Translations under genes and position numbers: made by a program | Assembly: GCF_006345805.1 (NCBI RefSeq) | Contig: NC_043006.1 | Span: forward strand, 77,562,001 to 77,626,000 | DNA from: Octopus sinensis | Lineage: Eukaryota | Direction: 5' to 3' | DNA: 64,000 nt | Notes under the pieces: model-generated | The model's input: only the letters and a program-made list of their open reading frames with translations | What the model was told of the DNA's origin: nothing | Database searches by the model: none | In this document: in pieces, positions 49,326 to 63,274 of the stretch | Layout of the letters: each line of letters begins with the position of its first letter | Position numbering within the stretch: position 1 is the first letter of the stretch

Positions 49326-52144
49326 GATCGCTTTGAATATTAAAAAGTAAATGACATGTAGAAACTATGTAGTAACCTTATACCAATGTTCATGCTCTGA
49401 TATCTCAATTTTTTTTTTCGAAAAATACCTTTGAAGTAATAGGATCTGTTAAAATTACTACACTCCTTCTGAAAGTATATACTGATTTTAAGACCATTAT
49501 TAAAATACTTTCCCGACATATGATGCAAGAAATATTAAAGTAAAACTAGTTCACTATAGATCATAGTAATTCTATTCTCACAGTATTTAGTTCTGTATCT
49601 TTATTGTCTGTGCTGAAGGATGAGCGAATAACCTCTTACAGTCCATGATCGATAAAACAAATGTCAATCATATTTTGGTCTCATAGACTGCCCTGTCTGA
49701 AAATGTTATCTCTGTCTAAACAAAGAAACAAATAAAATGAATGTTAATAGTTATTATAATTTCAAATCTGTAAGTTGAAAGCAACATTCTTGATCCTATT
49801 CACAACTGCGTCACTAGTCAATGAAGAAGTTTTATTAAATTGACGTCTTGAGATCAACGAAAGACTTTTTATTGAATACTTCACATTAATAATGCATTTA
49901 TCAACTACATATTCATTTGATGTTTACATGTGTGTGTAATTTTTCTTTAACGCAATTGTCGCTTTAGAATTTCGTAATTTCCGTCAACAGGAAGTGATTT
50001 TTTTAAAAAACATACTACGCTACTCAACAAGCAGTCTTCAAGGAATTTTGTACTACATAAAAATTAGTATGTGAATATTGTACTCCTCGTTGCAAAACTT
50101 ATACAAAAGGAAACTTTTTTATTAAGTAATATTGTAATATTTTACGTAGCTGTCAAAAGTTTTAACTTAATCATCAGACTTTTAAGTAAGATGAATGCTT
50201 GTCTTTCGACTACTTCTCAAATTTCGTTACATTTAAAAATAGCAAAAGTTATATTCTAGTACGAGCGAAGTTACATATTTTGGAGTATAATTTATATACT
50301 CTACACAAAAAATGTTACTTCTAATTAGATATTTTAAGCGGTTATTCACACACACGCACGCATACAAACACTCACATACACACACGCACGCTACAAACAC
50401 TCACATATACACACGTACGCATACAAACACTCACATACACACACGCACGCATACAAACACTCACATACACACACGCACGCATGCACGCGTATACACACGC
50501 ACACACACATAAACACATACACACACAGACACACACACACACACACATACATATGAAACTGCGCGTGTCTGTGTATTGGACATATTTTCGTGATTTATTC
50601 GGAACCGAATTAGCACGCCACACGTCTTGCAAACTTTGCCAAGCAGGAAATCCATATGGCTTCAGCAACGGATGTGAAAGTCGTAAATGTTATCTTTAGC
50701 TAGCGTCCTTTTACCCCCAATAAAATACTACGCAATCTATTTTTCGTGTCTCTGTCCATCTATTTCTACTTCTCTTTCTTTATCTACACATACACACACA
50801 CACACACACACAAAGAGAAATGATATGTGATGAGAGAATGTATGTGAATATTTTTGGATTAAGTAAAAGTGAAGTAAAATCAATTCCCGTTTCTGGTTTG
50901 CATTGACACAGACATCCTTAATGTGTACATTGCGTACAGATTTACGAATGGAAAACAACTGTATTCAGGATATCGCTATTGTTGTTTTATTATTTGGGGT
51001 CATTTTGTTCAGCATCTATTAGTAATTCATTTAGACGTTAAGTGTCTTAACATTTCAATATTTTGATCCATAACATATCCCGAATGAATTACTATATATG
51101 AAATATACGAAGGAAACCAGTCAAATTTGTTATCTATTAAGAATTGTATGATTTGTTTGTTATTAGGTTATCGTACGTTACCCAATATCTTATAATATGT
51201 GTTTATAAATAGTGAAGATTCGCTGAATTCTTTGTATTAGTATTATCATAAACTAGATATAATTTAGTGATCCGTAGCAGTTTTTATCGTACGGTGTCTA
51301 TTAATGTGAACCTATGCAACACGACACTTCCAACTAAAGAAATAAGCGGACGAGAAGGCGGTGTTATGCAGCCGTCAACATTTAATCTACATTCGTTGAT
51401 AAATTATTTCGTCATATTGTCTAGATATATTAAGTTCTTGACAAATACATTTAATTATTATTCCCTAATAAATGCTGAAAACATTGAGCTCGTGCACTAT
51501 AAAAATTAAAGATATTGTTAGTGCTTAAAAAACAATTTCCATCTCTTTCGTTTTCTAATTATGATCAATTACCAAAAATAATAAGACAAACCACAGAAAT
51601 AGCATACGTTTTCCAACGCTTAAGAAAATATTCTATCATATATACGATAGTAATATTAAAATACTACATGCAAAAATAATTGATATTAGCAGAATATAAG
51701 CATTTTATACGTGGCTTTCTCGAAAAGTTAACGCAAGGTGAAGAAATAAGTCATTTGCCGTTTGTTGGCATATAATATTTTGCTTTTTATTTAAATCAGT
51801 TTGTTCTGAATACTACTTGAAATTTTCTTGGCAGAAGATGTAGATTTTATATTTCTCGTTCCGTATTGAGAACATTTACTTCAAGTAATTCTTCTTAAGC
51901 TTTCCCTATTGATTTCAAGGTACACATGCGATATATATATATATACATATATATATAATATATATATATATATTATATATATACGTATATATATATTATA
52001 TATATATATATATTATATATATATTATATATATATATATATTATATATATATTTTTTTTATTTATTTATTTAGTTTCAGCTCATAAGCTGTGCCATGCTG
52101 GGGCACCGCCATTGGGTGTTGCAACATGATTTTACTTCACAAAT

Positions 52145-52232
<88 letters not shown>

Positions 52233-52834
52233 ATGCATCACCTGTCATACTATTAGAATATAATGCATTATGTCTGTACGAATTTCAGTTTTGTTCTGAA
52301 AACACACCGGTGTTCCTGCTCTTCTTTTTAGGCATTTTGTAGCTAAATTCTTAATGTCCATTATCTAACCAACAGGACCTATTTTTCTAAACATTCATTT
52401 TGACATTGGTCTAGAATAAGGAACCTAATTCACGTATCATTAGCCTATCAAACCGCTTCGCTAAAATATGTTACATTTCTCTCCCACCACTGAAAAGAGA
52501 ATCATTTCAGTGAAAATGTTGCTCAAACCTTGACGTAAAAGGGACAGATTCAACAAATTTGTGAGCCATTTACAGATGCTTAAAGCAAATTGCAACTTTT
52601 GACGCGTATTGAAATGTCTGCGAACTTTATAAGCGAGCAAAAGGTAACTTCTTGTATCGCTTGCCATGCAAACTGCTTCATCACTTATATTTGAGCTGGA
52701 TTGTCCGGTTACGTACAAAGTCTAAGTTTTTTCAGACTTTGCCAATTGTTAAATCTAAATAGACACCTACATATAAAGCAACGTTGCCTTTAATTTCTAC
52801 TATTCAGTGATTTTATCATACTTGATCTGATCAT

Positions 52835-53251
52835 AGGCGCAGGCATGGCTGTGTGACATAGAGGCAGGCGTGGCTGTGTGGTAAGAACCTTGCTTCCAAA
52901 CCACATCGTCCCGGATTCAGACCTACTGTGTAGCACTTTCAGCAAGCGTCTTGGACTATAGCTTCGGGCCAACCACAGCCTTCTCTGAGTGGATGTGACA
53001 GACAGAAACTGAAAGGACCCTGTCGTATATATATATATATATATATAAACATGTTTGTGTGCCTGTGTTTGTCCCACCAACACCTTCGCTTTACAACCGA
53101 TGTTGGTGTGTCTACGGCCTCGTAAATGAGACGAACAGAATAAGTATTTGGATTGCAAAGAATAAGTTCTGTGGTCAATTTGTTCCACTAAATTTGGTGA
53201 TCCAGCATGGACGCAGTCAAATGACTGAAGCAAGTAAGAGAATAAAAGAAT
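52835..53251 (+). mobile_element. Full-length diverged SINE, head partly duplicated
   Basis: GGCGCAGGCATGGCTGTGTG then GGCAGGCGTGGCTGTGTGG; internal TA array; tail AAGTAAGAGAATAAAAGAATAA. Confidence 0.85.
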
Positions 53252-53957
53252 AACTTGGAAACAAGCGAAAAGTACAAAATCCTCAAGGCCTTTTTACCAA
53301 CCAACTGAGCCAAATGATATAAATAATGTAAATAATGAACAAAATATGTTCCATTCTCGCTTTCATCCACAAGTGACGTAACCTGTTGACTTACGCATAC
53401 ATCTGTAAGTGTAATAGCAAGATTTCTCATATATTATCAACCGTTTGTCTCGCGTTGATGAATACGAATACACTGAAGATACAACTAGACCTGGCCGACC
53501 AAAGTTCTACATTAGTATTTCATACACCTTCAGCATTCTCTTTTCAGGCAAGTATTCAAAGCAATCTTTCTAAGCTTGATACCAGCAAAGCCTTTGACCA
53601 TATCTGTAAAAGAAAATCATTCTTCTACGTGGTTTGCATTTCATCGATCTCATAATATATCTCTATAGATCATTCTATTGCAATATTTCACAGCAGCATC
53701 TGGCATTCATTGTATTAATTATGTTGTATCTTGCAATGCAATGTTGTCTCTCAAAGTTTCATTCATCTCCACAAACCACATAGTTGGATCTGATGATCTC
53801 CATACTACTACTACCACCACCACCACCACCACAAATATGAACAGAGAACTCGAAAACATTGTATATTTTCATATAACGATGCCGAAAGGACACCAAGATA
53901 ACTATAATGCATAATACATAAACATCACTATACGTAGGAAAATATACGGATGACACT

Positions 53958-54018
<61 letters not shown>

Positions 54019-54027
54019 TATATATAT

Positions 54028-54898
54028 CAATAAGTATCCATACTGTTGCCGTAGTAACGAAGCTAAAGCAAGCAGAGTAAAGCCTCTTGGCGCAGAATGA
54101 CGTTGGATTCTGCTGTGCATGCGCAATAAGTGTTAACGTTGTAGCTCAATACCGCTGCTTACAACAGTGCTGAGGATGAAGGTGTGTAGCATCTGATCGT
54201 TCCATTGACCATGACAGAGAAATTTGTTATGGCGACACCTTCTTCGAGGCCTAAGTCAAGTTGCAGAAAGATTATGGAGAGGAGTGTATGAGCAGCACAC
54301 AAGTGTACGAGTGTCTCGAACGTTTCAAAGATGGTCGCAAAAATGTCGATAATAACGAACATTCTAGGAAACCCACGATTAGCAGAACTGAGAATAACGT
54401 TGCAGATGTGCGTGCAGCTTAGAGAATAAAATCGTCGAATCATCATCTGCGAGTTATCAGAGGATGCGTAGATTATTTACGATTAGTTCAGTTCATTATA
54501 ACTGAAGATCTGGGTATGAGACGCGTGTCTGCCAAGTTTGTGCCCAAAATACTTTCAGCTGACTAAAGTGAGACTCGGGTTTCTGCTGCATACGATTTCC
54601 TTGATTGCGTCAAGAACGATGAAAACATTTTCAAAACTTTACATCGACCACTGAGCAGGTATCACCATAATTTTCTCAAAATTTGATGCAGATTCTGTCA
54701 TGGTCAATGTGGCGATTGCACGCTACAGACCTTGCTTCTAATAAATACTGTAAACAACAGCGGACGTGATCTAGAACGTTAAAACTTAACGCACATGCAC
54801 AGCAGAGTTCAAGGTCAATCTGAGCCACGCAGTTTTACTCTGTGATTTAGCTTCGTTACTATATCAACATAACGGATGCTTATTGAGCAGGCCGCCTC
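54028..54898 (+). mobile_element. mariner fold-back element made of two left ends
   Basis: CAATAAGTATCC..GTAACGAAGCTAAA..CTGCTGTGCATG is inverted at about 54690-54898. The interior encodes the N-terminus (QKDYGEECMSSTQVYE..RFKDGR..LGMRRVSAKFVPKIL). Confidence 0.85.
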
Positions 54899-55049
54899 TC
54901 TTTCTCTCTCTCTCTCTCTCTTGCTCTCTCTAAATATAGATATATATATATATTATATATACATACATATATATATGCATTTATAAAATTTACAGAATGA
55001 GTTAAAAATTCAAGGCTGTGAAAGATTTCAGGACATTTATAAAGAGAAG

Positions 55050-55097
55050 GTCTTACAGCTGTTTCCGAGATATTTTATATATCCCTTCATCAGAGAC
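55050..55097 (-). ncRNA. Minimal type-I hammerhead, canonical core
   Basis: Minus strand GTCT-CTGATGA-A-GGGATAT-ATAAA-ATATCTC-G-GAAA-CAGCTG-TA-AGAC. Palindrome ACAGCTGT, GUA cleavage triplet. Confidence 0.85.
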
Positions 55098-55245
55098 GGT
55101 GCGAGAAACAGGTTAAGCAACCGTTATTCTGGGGATAATATGAAATCGAGAGTGAAGTGGAGGAATGGAAACAGGCATGAGATATGCAGGGATATTGTAT
55201 CTGATGTTCCATTATTTAAACAGAATGGTATACACACACACAACA

Positions 55246-55290
<45 letters not shown>

Positions 55291-55308
55291 CATATATATA
55301 TATATATA

Positions 55309-55352
<44 letters not shown>

Positions 55353-56058
55353 GATCACAACACTCTCTCTTATACTTTTTGTCACTGTTTTAATTTATAC
55401 ATGTAAATCCAATAAATTTGTTGAGTTCTATTTCTTCGTTTGTCCACTCACTTTGTTATATATATAATATATATATATATATATACGCTCGCCAATCGCC
55501 TCTCAAATGTAAAAATATGCTTTCGAATCACATCTCTTATACTCTGCAAACCGCATATCCAATCTATATACCGATTACTGAAATACCTTCCTCGGTGCAA
55601 CGGATGAATGCTTAATTGTGTTAAATTGCATGAAATAGGGTTAAGCACATCCACAATTAATTACCCTATATTTTCATAAGTTGCAAAATATCATATCAAT
55701 TTTGTTAGCGTATAGAGCTATCCTAGCAGGTCCATTATGGACCTGCTAAGATATCTGATTATCATTGTAAACAATTGTATAGGTATTAGAGGAGTATTTA
55801 AAATCCGGTAATTTTAAGCAATATTGATTATGTTATATCATGTAAGAGCCAAACTTAGATTAGATAAGATTATAGAAATATAATTGCTGATGGAGGACAG
55901 TGATTAGTGAAGAAAGATAAGGTGAGTGACGTTTGCGACAGATAATGTCTCGTTCGTGTTTTTGTACATGACGCTGATGATATTGTTATGAAGATTATAG
56001 AATAAACACTATATGTTACTATTGAGTTATAAATTGCAAATTAACTAATAATAAACTG

Positions 56059-56097
<39 letters not shown>

Positions 56098-57459
56098 GTA
56101 TGACTATATTTAACGTTCAATATGACATTTTCTAAATGCAGGATCTATGTTAATGCATATATCACAGCAAAGAAATTCCTGTGAGAATTCAATTCTATTA
56201 CTATTTACCATTAACTTTATCTTGTATTGGGAACGAATTAAAGAATAATTGCTCACGAAGTTGCAACTCTAAACAAATTTTTCATTCTTTTACTCTTTTA
56301 CGTTTCAGCCCTAAGGCTCTGGGCATGCTCTTACTCAAAGTACGATATTCTTCATCTGACATATTGGCAATGTTATTCTTAAGAAGGAATACTGTTTAAC
56401 AACATCCGAAATCTTTTTTCTTTTTTTTTATTACGAGGATTGGTTCAGCAGAGTGTGCCGGACGCAAGCCTTTCATTGCAAGCAAAACTAGTGTATTTGC
56501 TTTAACAATGCACTAAATTGAATTGTTGTGATATCGCAGATGTTTTATCATATAGACGAGATTTCATTTTATATAAAATTATTCATATCAGATCAGATAC
56601 TTACAGTCTAAGAAACTTTAATGTATGTATCCTACATTTCTCCCAATGGACAAAACGATAATGTAAAACATATGAATAAAAAACGCCTTAATCAGTGAAT
56701 TTTGTATTTGGTAGGAAGTATTCAAGCACTTCTTGTACCATGTTGCCCTTAAATATCTAACGTCCAATTTTTATGTCAATTTATAGCCTCTTCATTGCGA
56801 ATACAAATTGAATTACTGTCTCCTCTCTGTCTAGTTCTACTATTGTCAGTAGAGAGTGTATTGATATAAGAATGGTGTTCTAAAACTAGATAATTATTAA
56901 TTCAAATTCATGTAAAATACAGCTTTTATGTAAAATACAGATTTATGTACAATAGATATTTTCTGTAACATATATTATAAGCTTTTGTGTAATATTTAGT
57001 TTTTATCTCAACTTCATTTCATTTGGAGAGTAGAAGACTACTTGTCGAATTGTTTTCCAATAGCAACAGCAACATAGTTGAAACCTTTGAATCCAGGAAT
57101 GAATAGGTATGGATTTGGGAGACATAAATTCGACATAAGATATGAATATTTCATAATGTCATGTTTGAATAATCTAGAGGTTTTCTTATGGTTTACGTAA
57201 AGAAGGATTGATTGCTGCGACTATCAACTTCAGGTCCTCCGACAGTTGTGGATGGAAGTAATCTTCAGATCATATATCTGCTCCGAATGTAGGATTGAAA
57301 GACAATACTGTGTACTCGTATTAAATCAGGAAATGAATTAAATCTCCTACAGCACAGATTTACTCCGACAAGCTTCCCTAGAATCCCTGTCTTCGAAATA
57401 TCACAAATCTATGGTTGATGTCGGACTACAACACGATGTTTCCAGGAAGATTAGATCCA

Positions 57460-57960
57460 ACCTACGCGGTGGCAAAGCGGGCATATTGTAACGTGCGATT
57501 AAAAGTGGATTCTGTACAATAGGATAACACATTCTTTGAGTTGGTTGGACCAAAATGAAGCACCGAAAACCTTCCCAAAACCGGGCTCTTCAAAAAATAA
57601 GGTGAAGGTGCTTGTTTGGTGGTGTTTTTCTGGATTCGTCCACTATAAGTTTATTAAACCCGGAAAAAACATTATTTCAGACATATATTGCCATTAAATT
57701 GCCAAAATGAACGAAAACCTTCCACCCCTCAGTCTTGGACTGGCCAACAGAAGAGGGTTAATCATACTTCATGACAATGCTCGACCACACACTAATGCTG
57801 AAAGTGCGTTCAAAGAGTTCATCGGCTCCAGAACTCCAGATTTTATTTTACCGGAATAAACAAACTTGTAACTCGTAGGCAAAAATGAATGGATTGTAAC
57901 GGTACATTAATGAATAAAATTTCTGCATTGTTGAAATATATTGTGATGAATTTCATGTTT
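57460..57960 (+). mobile_element. mariner catalytic-domain fragment, internally deleted
   Basis: IVTCD*KWILYN..WLDQNEAP..KVLVWW..IILHDNARPHT..TGINKLVTR. Confidence 0.85.
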
Positions 57961-58534
57961 CAAAACGTTGCTTACTTTTTGCTCAACCTGATAACATACA
58001 AAACAAAGGATAAGTTATTTGTACAAGATTTACAAGAAATGCCGTTGCACTTAACACACATAACACCTTATATTATTTTAGGATGTTATGTTTAAAATGT
58101 TTAATGCAAAGAAAACAGTATTGGTTTATTGGGTAAAATTATGCAGTACGAAAAAATATTCGATTGCAAATAGTATTGTAATTACTTTGGCATGTTCAGT
58201 AAATCCAGTCAAATATTCTCGACTCTTTAAGAAACCATATTATTTTTACCAGTAAATGTACTATATTCTATAATTAATTAGTGGCTCCCACGCTGCTGTT
58301 AATTTAAGTATGATTAAGTATATACTTTGCTAGTAAGGTCATAATAATATCGAAGTGTGTTTTAAATTGTCTCCCGTAATTGAGAAAATATTGTATGGTA
58401 TTGATTTTCTCCACAGCATAATTACTTCTAGTTAATATTTCAATAGCCTCTATGTGAAATATACTAAAAGCAAACCAACTAACTTGTTTTGCGGAATGCG
58501 TTATTCAGTAAAGACTCCAGTTACTGAAGTCGTA

Positions 58535-58740
58535 ATATGGCTCCTACGTACAAAGGAAGTTGCCAACATCCTGTTGCATCTGATTTGGCTGTAATTACTT
58601 ATCTGAAATATTAATGGCTGAAATCTATCTAAAGCAAATGATATGTTTTACAAAAGTCTTGTTGCAAAATATTTAGTAATTATTCTTAGTGCAATCATTA
58701 TTTACAGAACCCCAGATTACCTGTATATGAAATATTAATG
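58535..58740. repeat. Diverged dispersed duplicate, copy 1 (copy 2 at 61460-61690)
   Basis: Shared CTGTAATTA.TTATCTGAAATATTAATG (58589 and 61519), GCCA.CATCC, CAAAATATTT, ATTCTTAGT and GAACCC.AGATTA in collinear order. Confidence 0.75.
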
Positions 58741-59989
58741 TTTAATTATATCTACTATTATTAATATTCAAAATGGCAGGGATTCTCCTTACATTTCTAC
58801 CACCAGAAACTATAATGTAAACACTCCTGTAAATATAACAATGTTATCAGATGTGATTTTCTCATCTTACACGTGTATGTTGTAATATACATATGCGAGA
58901 TCGATATCAAATGAAGCAATAGAGGCAAAAGGGAATTTTGTTTTCGTCTTTCATATTTCGGTGCTAAATCACACCGCCATACCTTCATTTCATGATCCCA
59001 CCCCATATACGAAAATAGATACCAGGAACAAACAAATGCTGGTTGCATTGTTTATATTGTATCAGCAATTAGAAATATTTTTACATGTAGTGTAGGAAGA
59101 ATTTTTCCATTTAGATTGAGGACGCCTGGGATTTTTCTCAGGTATTTTTCACTTTATGCTCAATAGAGTTGCTATTCAGACTGTTGTTATGTATATATTC
59201 GTATAGAGAAACAAGTGTATCATTTAAGTGATTAAGTAGAAATAGATGCCAAATTACGCTCAAACGAATTTCGAACACCAAACTGGAAACAGCAAAAGCA
59301 AAATCTGCATTCGATAAATTTAACTAGACGCACATAAATTACATTTCCCGAAAAGACATTTCGTAATAAATCTGCTGGGTTAGGTAAATCTGCTAGTTTG
59401 GTTTGTTCAAGCGTTAAAGAAGAAGAAAAAAAGCAGAAAACAAACTCATCTTACGGCACAAAATCAAATATAGTAGTGGAGTAAGGTCTCAGTTATCCAG
59501 CTATGTGTCAATGTATACACAGGATAAATACATATATGTGTGTGTTGTGTGTGTGTGTGTTTCTGTTTGTGTTTGTGGATCTTTTCTATTTCACTGCCAG
59601 CATCAATTCTGTTCGAATTAATTTCATATTCAGTGTAATGATACGCTTTTATAAGCTAATTAATGACGTGAAAGTAATTTCGCTATAAATCAACAAATAA
59701 AGAGTTATTAGTCATTGAAGTTCGAAATTTTGGTAATTTTAGCCAATCGTAAGCCACAGACACATTCATGTCTGGCTCAATAGTAACAAGCGGATCATGA
59801 GAACTCTTTTGCCTCTTGCCACATTATAAAATTTCCGATAACATGTTTAGTTTTTGAAGTGAGGCAGCCTAACAAGAAGGTCCGTGAGTGTTTGTGTATG
59901 CGCAGGTGCGCGTGTTGTCTGATTTAAGTTTGAAATATAGGTAAAAGGATGTATTAAGTACATATATAAATATAAATACATAAAAATAA

Positions 59990-60112
59990 AGTTGCCTCCC
60001 AGCCATATGGTTCCGGGTTCAGTTCCATCTGCGTGGCACCTACAGTAGCCTCGGGCCGACCAAAGCCTTGTGAGTGGATTTGGTAGTGGGAAACTGAAAG
60101 AAAACCGTCGAA
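59990..60112 (+). mobile_element. SINE head
   Basis: ATGGTTCCGGGTTCAGTTCC..GCCTCGGGCCGACCAAAGCCTTGTGAGTGGATTTGGTAG. Confidence 0.88.
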
Positions 60113-60130
60113 GTATATATATGTATGTAT

Positions 60131-60161
<31 letters not shown>

Positions 60162-60409
60162 TGTGTGTGAGTGTGTTTGTGTGTGAGAGAGAGAGAGAGT
60201 GTGTATGAGTGTGTGTGTGTATGTGTGTGTGTGTGTAGAAGGTTGAATAATAACACACGAGTTGCTATATACAACAAGGTAAAAATGCTAAAATAATTTT
60301 AACATGAAAAATATTTAGATACTTCTTAAAGAATCAAAACCAAGAACCTACATCCTTCATCTTAAATAGTCCTTCAGACATACTATTACCTACGTCCTGG
60401 ACCTTCACA

Positions 60410-60425
60410 AGAGAGAGAGAGAGAG

Positions 60426-60458
<33 letters not shown>

Positions 60459-60607
60459 GAAAATTCCCATGCATTTGAACACTTTGGAAATATTTTTAAA
60501 AAACATTTAATTTCATTTTTCTTCATTTTACGCAAAGACTGAAACCGTTATAAAATGTTCTTCAAGATAAAATAATTTTAACATCTTCTACCTTGTTCTA
60601 TTTCACT

Positions 60608-60610
<3 letters not shown>
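60410..60610 (+). mobile_element. Family A PLE terminal repeat, hammerhead core deleted
   Basis: Homologous to 98-347. CATTTTA-CGCAAA-GACT-GAAA-CCGT-TA-TAAAATG keeps a perfect 7-bp helix I but lacks the core. Ends in (TA)n. Confidence 0.6.
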
Positions 60611-60664
<54 letters not shown>

Positions 60665-60669
60665 ATATA

Positions 60670-60690
60670 GTGTGTGTGTGTGTTGTGTGG

Positions 60691-60787
<97 letters not shown>

Positions 60788-60812
60788 GTGTGTGTGTATG
60801 TGTGTGTGTGTG
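60670..60812. repeat. (GT)n microsatellite
   Basis: Directly visible. Confidence 0.95.
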
Positions 60813-60948
60813 TATAAAACTCGACAGAGGAAAGACAGCTCCGAATAACCCGTCATTGTTTTCTTTCTATTGTCTGTCTGGATGTTTTTTGTCCCTTCAT
60901 TGTACTTTTTATATAAAAATACATAGTGGCGTACGTACATTTTGGTCT

Positions 60949-60993
<45 letters not shown>

Positions 60994-61459
60994 TTTGTAC
61001 GACTCTATTATTCTTTCTATGCTTTCATCATTACCGTCTTTCTAAATTACTTCGCTCATTCAACACTTCGTTTATTCGTTCCCCCTCTCTCACATTTCCT
61101 GGCCATGTCTTCATACTCACCTTCCCTCCTCTTTCACTTCACTCTGTCCCTTTCATTTTTTCATTTTTTCTCGCCCCTCTACCTCTCCGCACGTGATCTA
61201 GCGATCATGATGGCAACACATTAACAACCATGGCACGTGCCTTCACACACGTGCACAAAAACACGCGTGCACGTACATTCACGTATATACATATATATAT
61301 ATTTATGTACTCGTGTGATTATACATGCATGTATATTTATGTTTATCGATCTATAAATAAATATATAATATATGTATATATATAAGTATATATGTATATA
61401 TATGTGTACATACATAAGTGTATATATATATATATATATATATATATCAGTCCTTATAT

Positions 61460-61690
61460 GGCTACTTAATTCAAAACAAGACGCCAGCATCCAGTTTTTA
61501 TCTGATAATGTAATAGTACTGTAATTAGTTATCTGAAATATTAATGTTTGAAAAGTATAAAAACAATACGTAGGTTTTCCGGAAATGTTGTTTACAAAAT
61601 ATTTCCAACGCCAGATATTCTTAGTATTGTCAATATTTATGGAACCCAAGATTATCGCTTTCTCAAATATAAATTTTTTAAATCTGAGAA
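61460..61690. repeat. Diverged dispersed duplicate, copy 2
   Basis: See 58535-58740. Confidence 0.75.
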
Positions 61691-61767
61691 AACAATGTCT
61701 GTATTAATCGCACATATTGATAGTGTACGTAGCTTCACTCGTCAGTTATGTAACGCATTGTCTCCTG

Positions 61768-61801
<34 letters not shown>

Positions 61802-62129
61802 CTGTGTGTGTGTGTCTGTGTGTGTCTGTGTGTGTGTCTGTGTGTCTGTATGTCTGTGTATCTGTGCTTGTGCGTGTGTTTGTGTATGTGTAGGGGGGTA
61901 TGTATGTATGTATATAATATTTAACCAAGTATCTATGTAAATTTATATCTATGTAAATTTACACAAACACCCACACACATATACACATACTCACGAGGTT
62001 AAATTATGTTCTCTGGTTTTTGTAATTTATTATAACAAAAGCAGGGTTTGAAAAATTACAACATTTTCCGACATTGTTTTCTTAATTTTCCATTAACTTT
62101 AATTAGTGGACCACAAGCTGGTTTGTTTT

Positions 62130-63274
62130 AGAGGACAAGAAGGTTTATCAGATGGTCCCAGAACTATTAATGAACACTTTCTTGCACCGCTTCGTCCCTA
62201 ACCAATCCATGGTTTTGTAAACTTGTTTCAGCGGTCCAGAGAAGTGATAGTCGGAAGGGAAATGTATGCTGGTTGCTCCAGCAACTCAAAACCCAATTTT
62301 TCAATGATCTCAGCAGTGTGGGCGGCCGTATGTGGGCGTGCGTTGTCATGCAACAATAACACTTACTTTGACAGTAGAACTTGGCGTCTGTTGTGAATTG
62401 AAGATGGCAGTTTTCTGACCAACACTTTTACTTTAGCCGACCCAGGTGATTATAGACCACTTTTCCAGGTAATATTCCAGTACAGTGCATTCTAAATCAC
62501 AAATTCGGTTAGCACCTCTTTCTCTGAGAAAGACTGATTCTTAAATTATGTTAATGTTAGAGATTCTGGGTGATTCCATTCAATTTTATGTTCTGGCTCA
62601 AAGTGCTGAACCCAAATCTCATCTCCTATTATTATACGCTCCAAAAATGATTCATTTTTAGTGCTGAATTATTCGAGTGAGCGTTGATAAATCTGTACAC
62701 GATTGCGCTTATACGCTTCAGTAAGCTCGCTTGACACCCATCTCGCATAGATGTTACGAAGCGAATCTTGTTGTGGATGATTTCGTATGAAGAACCATGT
62801 CTGTTGCATAAAGCATGCACCCTCTTCAAAATAACCCCTCATCGGTTCGCCAGAATCATTTCTTGAGTTGATTATTCATGTCACTGGTGGAGGGTGATGG
62901 GCGTCCTATACCTTCTTCGTGCTTCACACTTGTTCGGCCACTTTTGAAATACTTGATCCGCTCATACACACTTCTGCATGTTAGAGTGCTGACTTCACAA
63001 ATTGACCGAAAGTGTCCGATGAATTTCAGTCCGCGATACAACTTCAGAGCAGAGAAATCCGCTCATTGGACACTGTACTTCGCTGGTGTACACTGCCAGA
63101 CGAGGAACCATGTTTAATGGTGGAACTATCTAGGTCAAACTTCGGTTATGTAACCATAATTGCATCACTTTCCAGTACGCGAGCAATGAAGGTAGCGCGG
63201 CCAGCCCAAAGAAAGTTGTGGCAAATTTTTGACTTACTCTAGTTTATTCATGTTTAACTTTTGACTTACACTAG
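62130..63274 (-). mobile_element. Decayed mariner, near full length
   Basis: 5' TIR-like TA-CTAGTGTAAGTCAAAAGT; FKSGRTSVKHEEGIGRPS, ARWVSSEL, IIGDEIWV, HDNARPHT; many stops and frameshifts. Confidence 0.85.

Noticed and set aside
50546-50699. Cys-containing ORF tail (CKLCQAG..GCESRKC)
   Set aside because: Short, fused to a CA microsatellite, with no splice signals or family match.
53386-53655. ORF containing LDTSKAFDHI, like an RT motif; opposite strand has two TAG codons that A-to-I editing could convert to Trp
   Set aside because: No other RT motifs nearby. Stop density on the minus frame is about what AT-rich random sequence gives, so the editing idea is unsupported.
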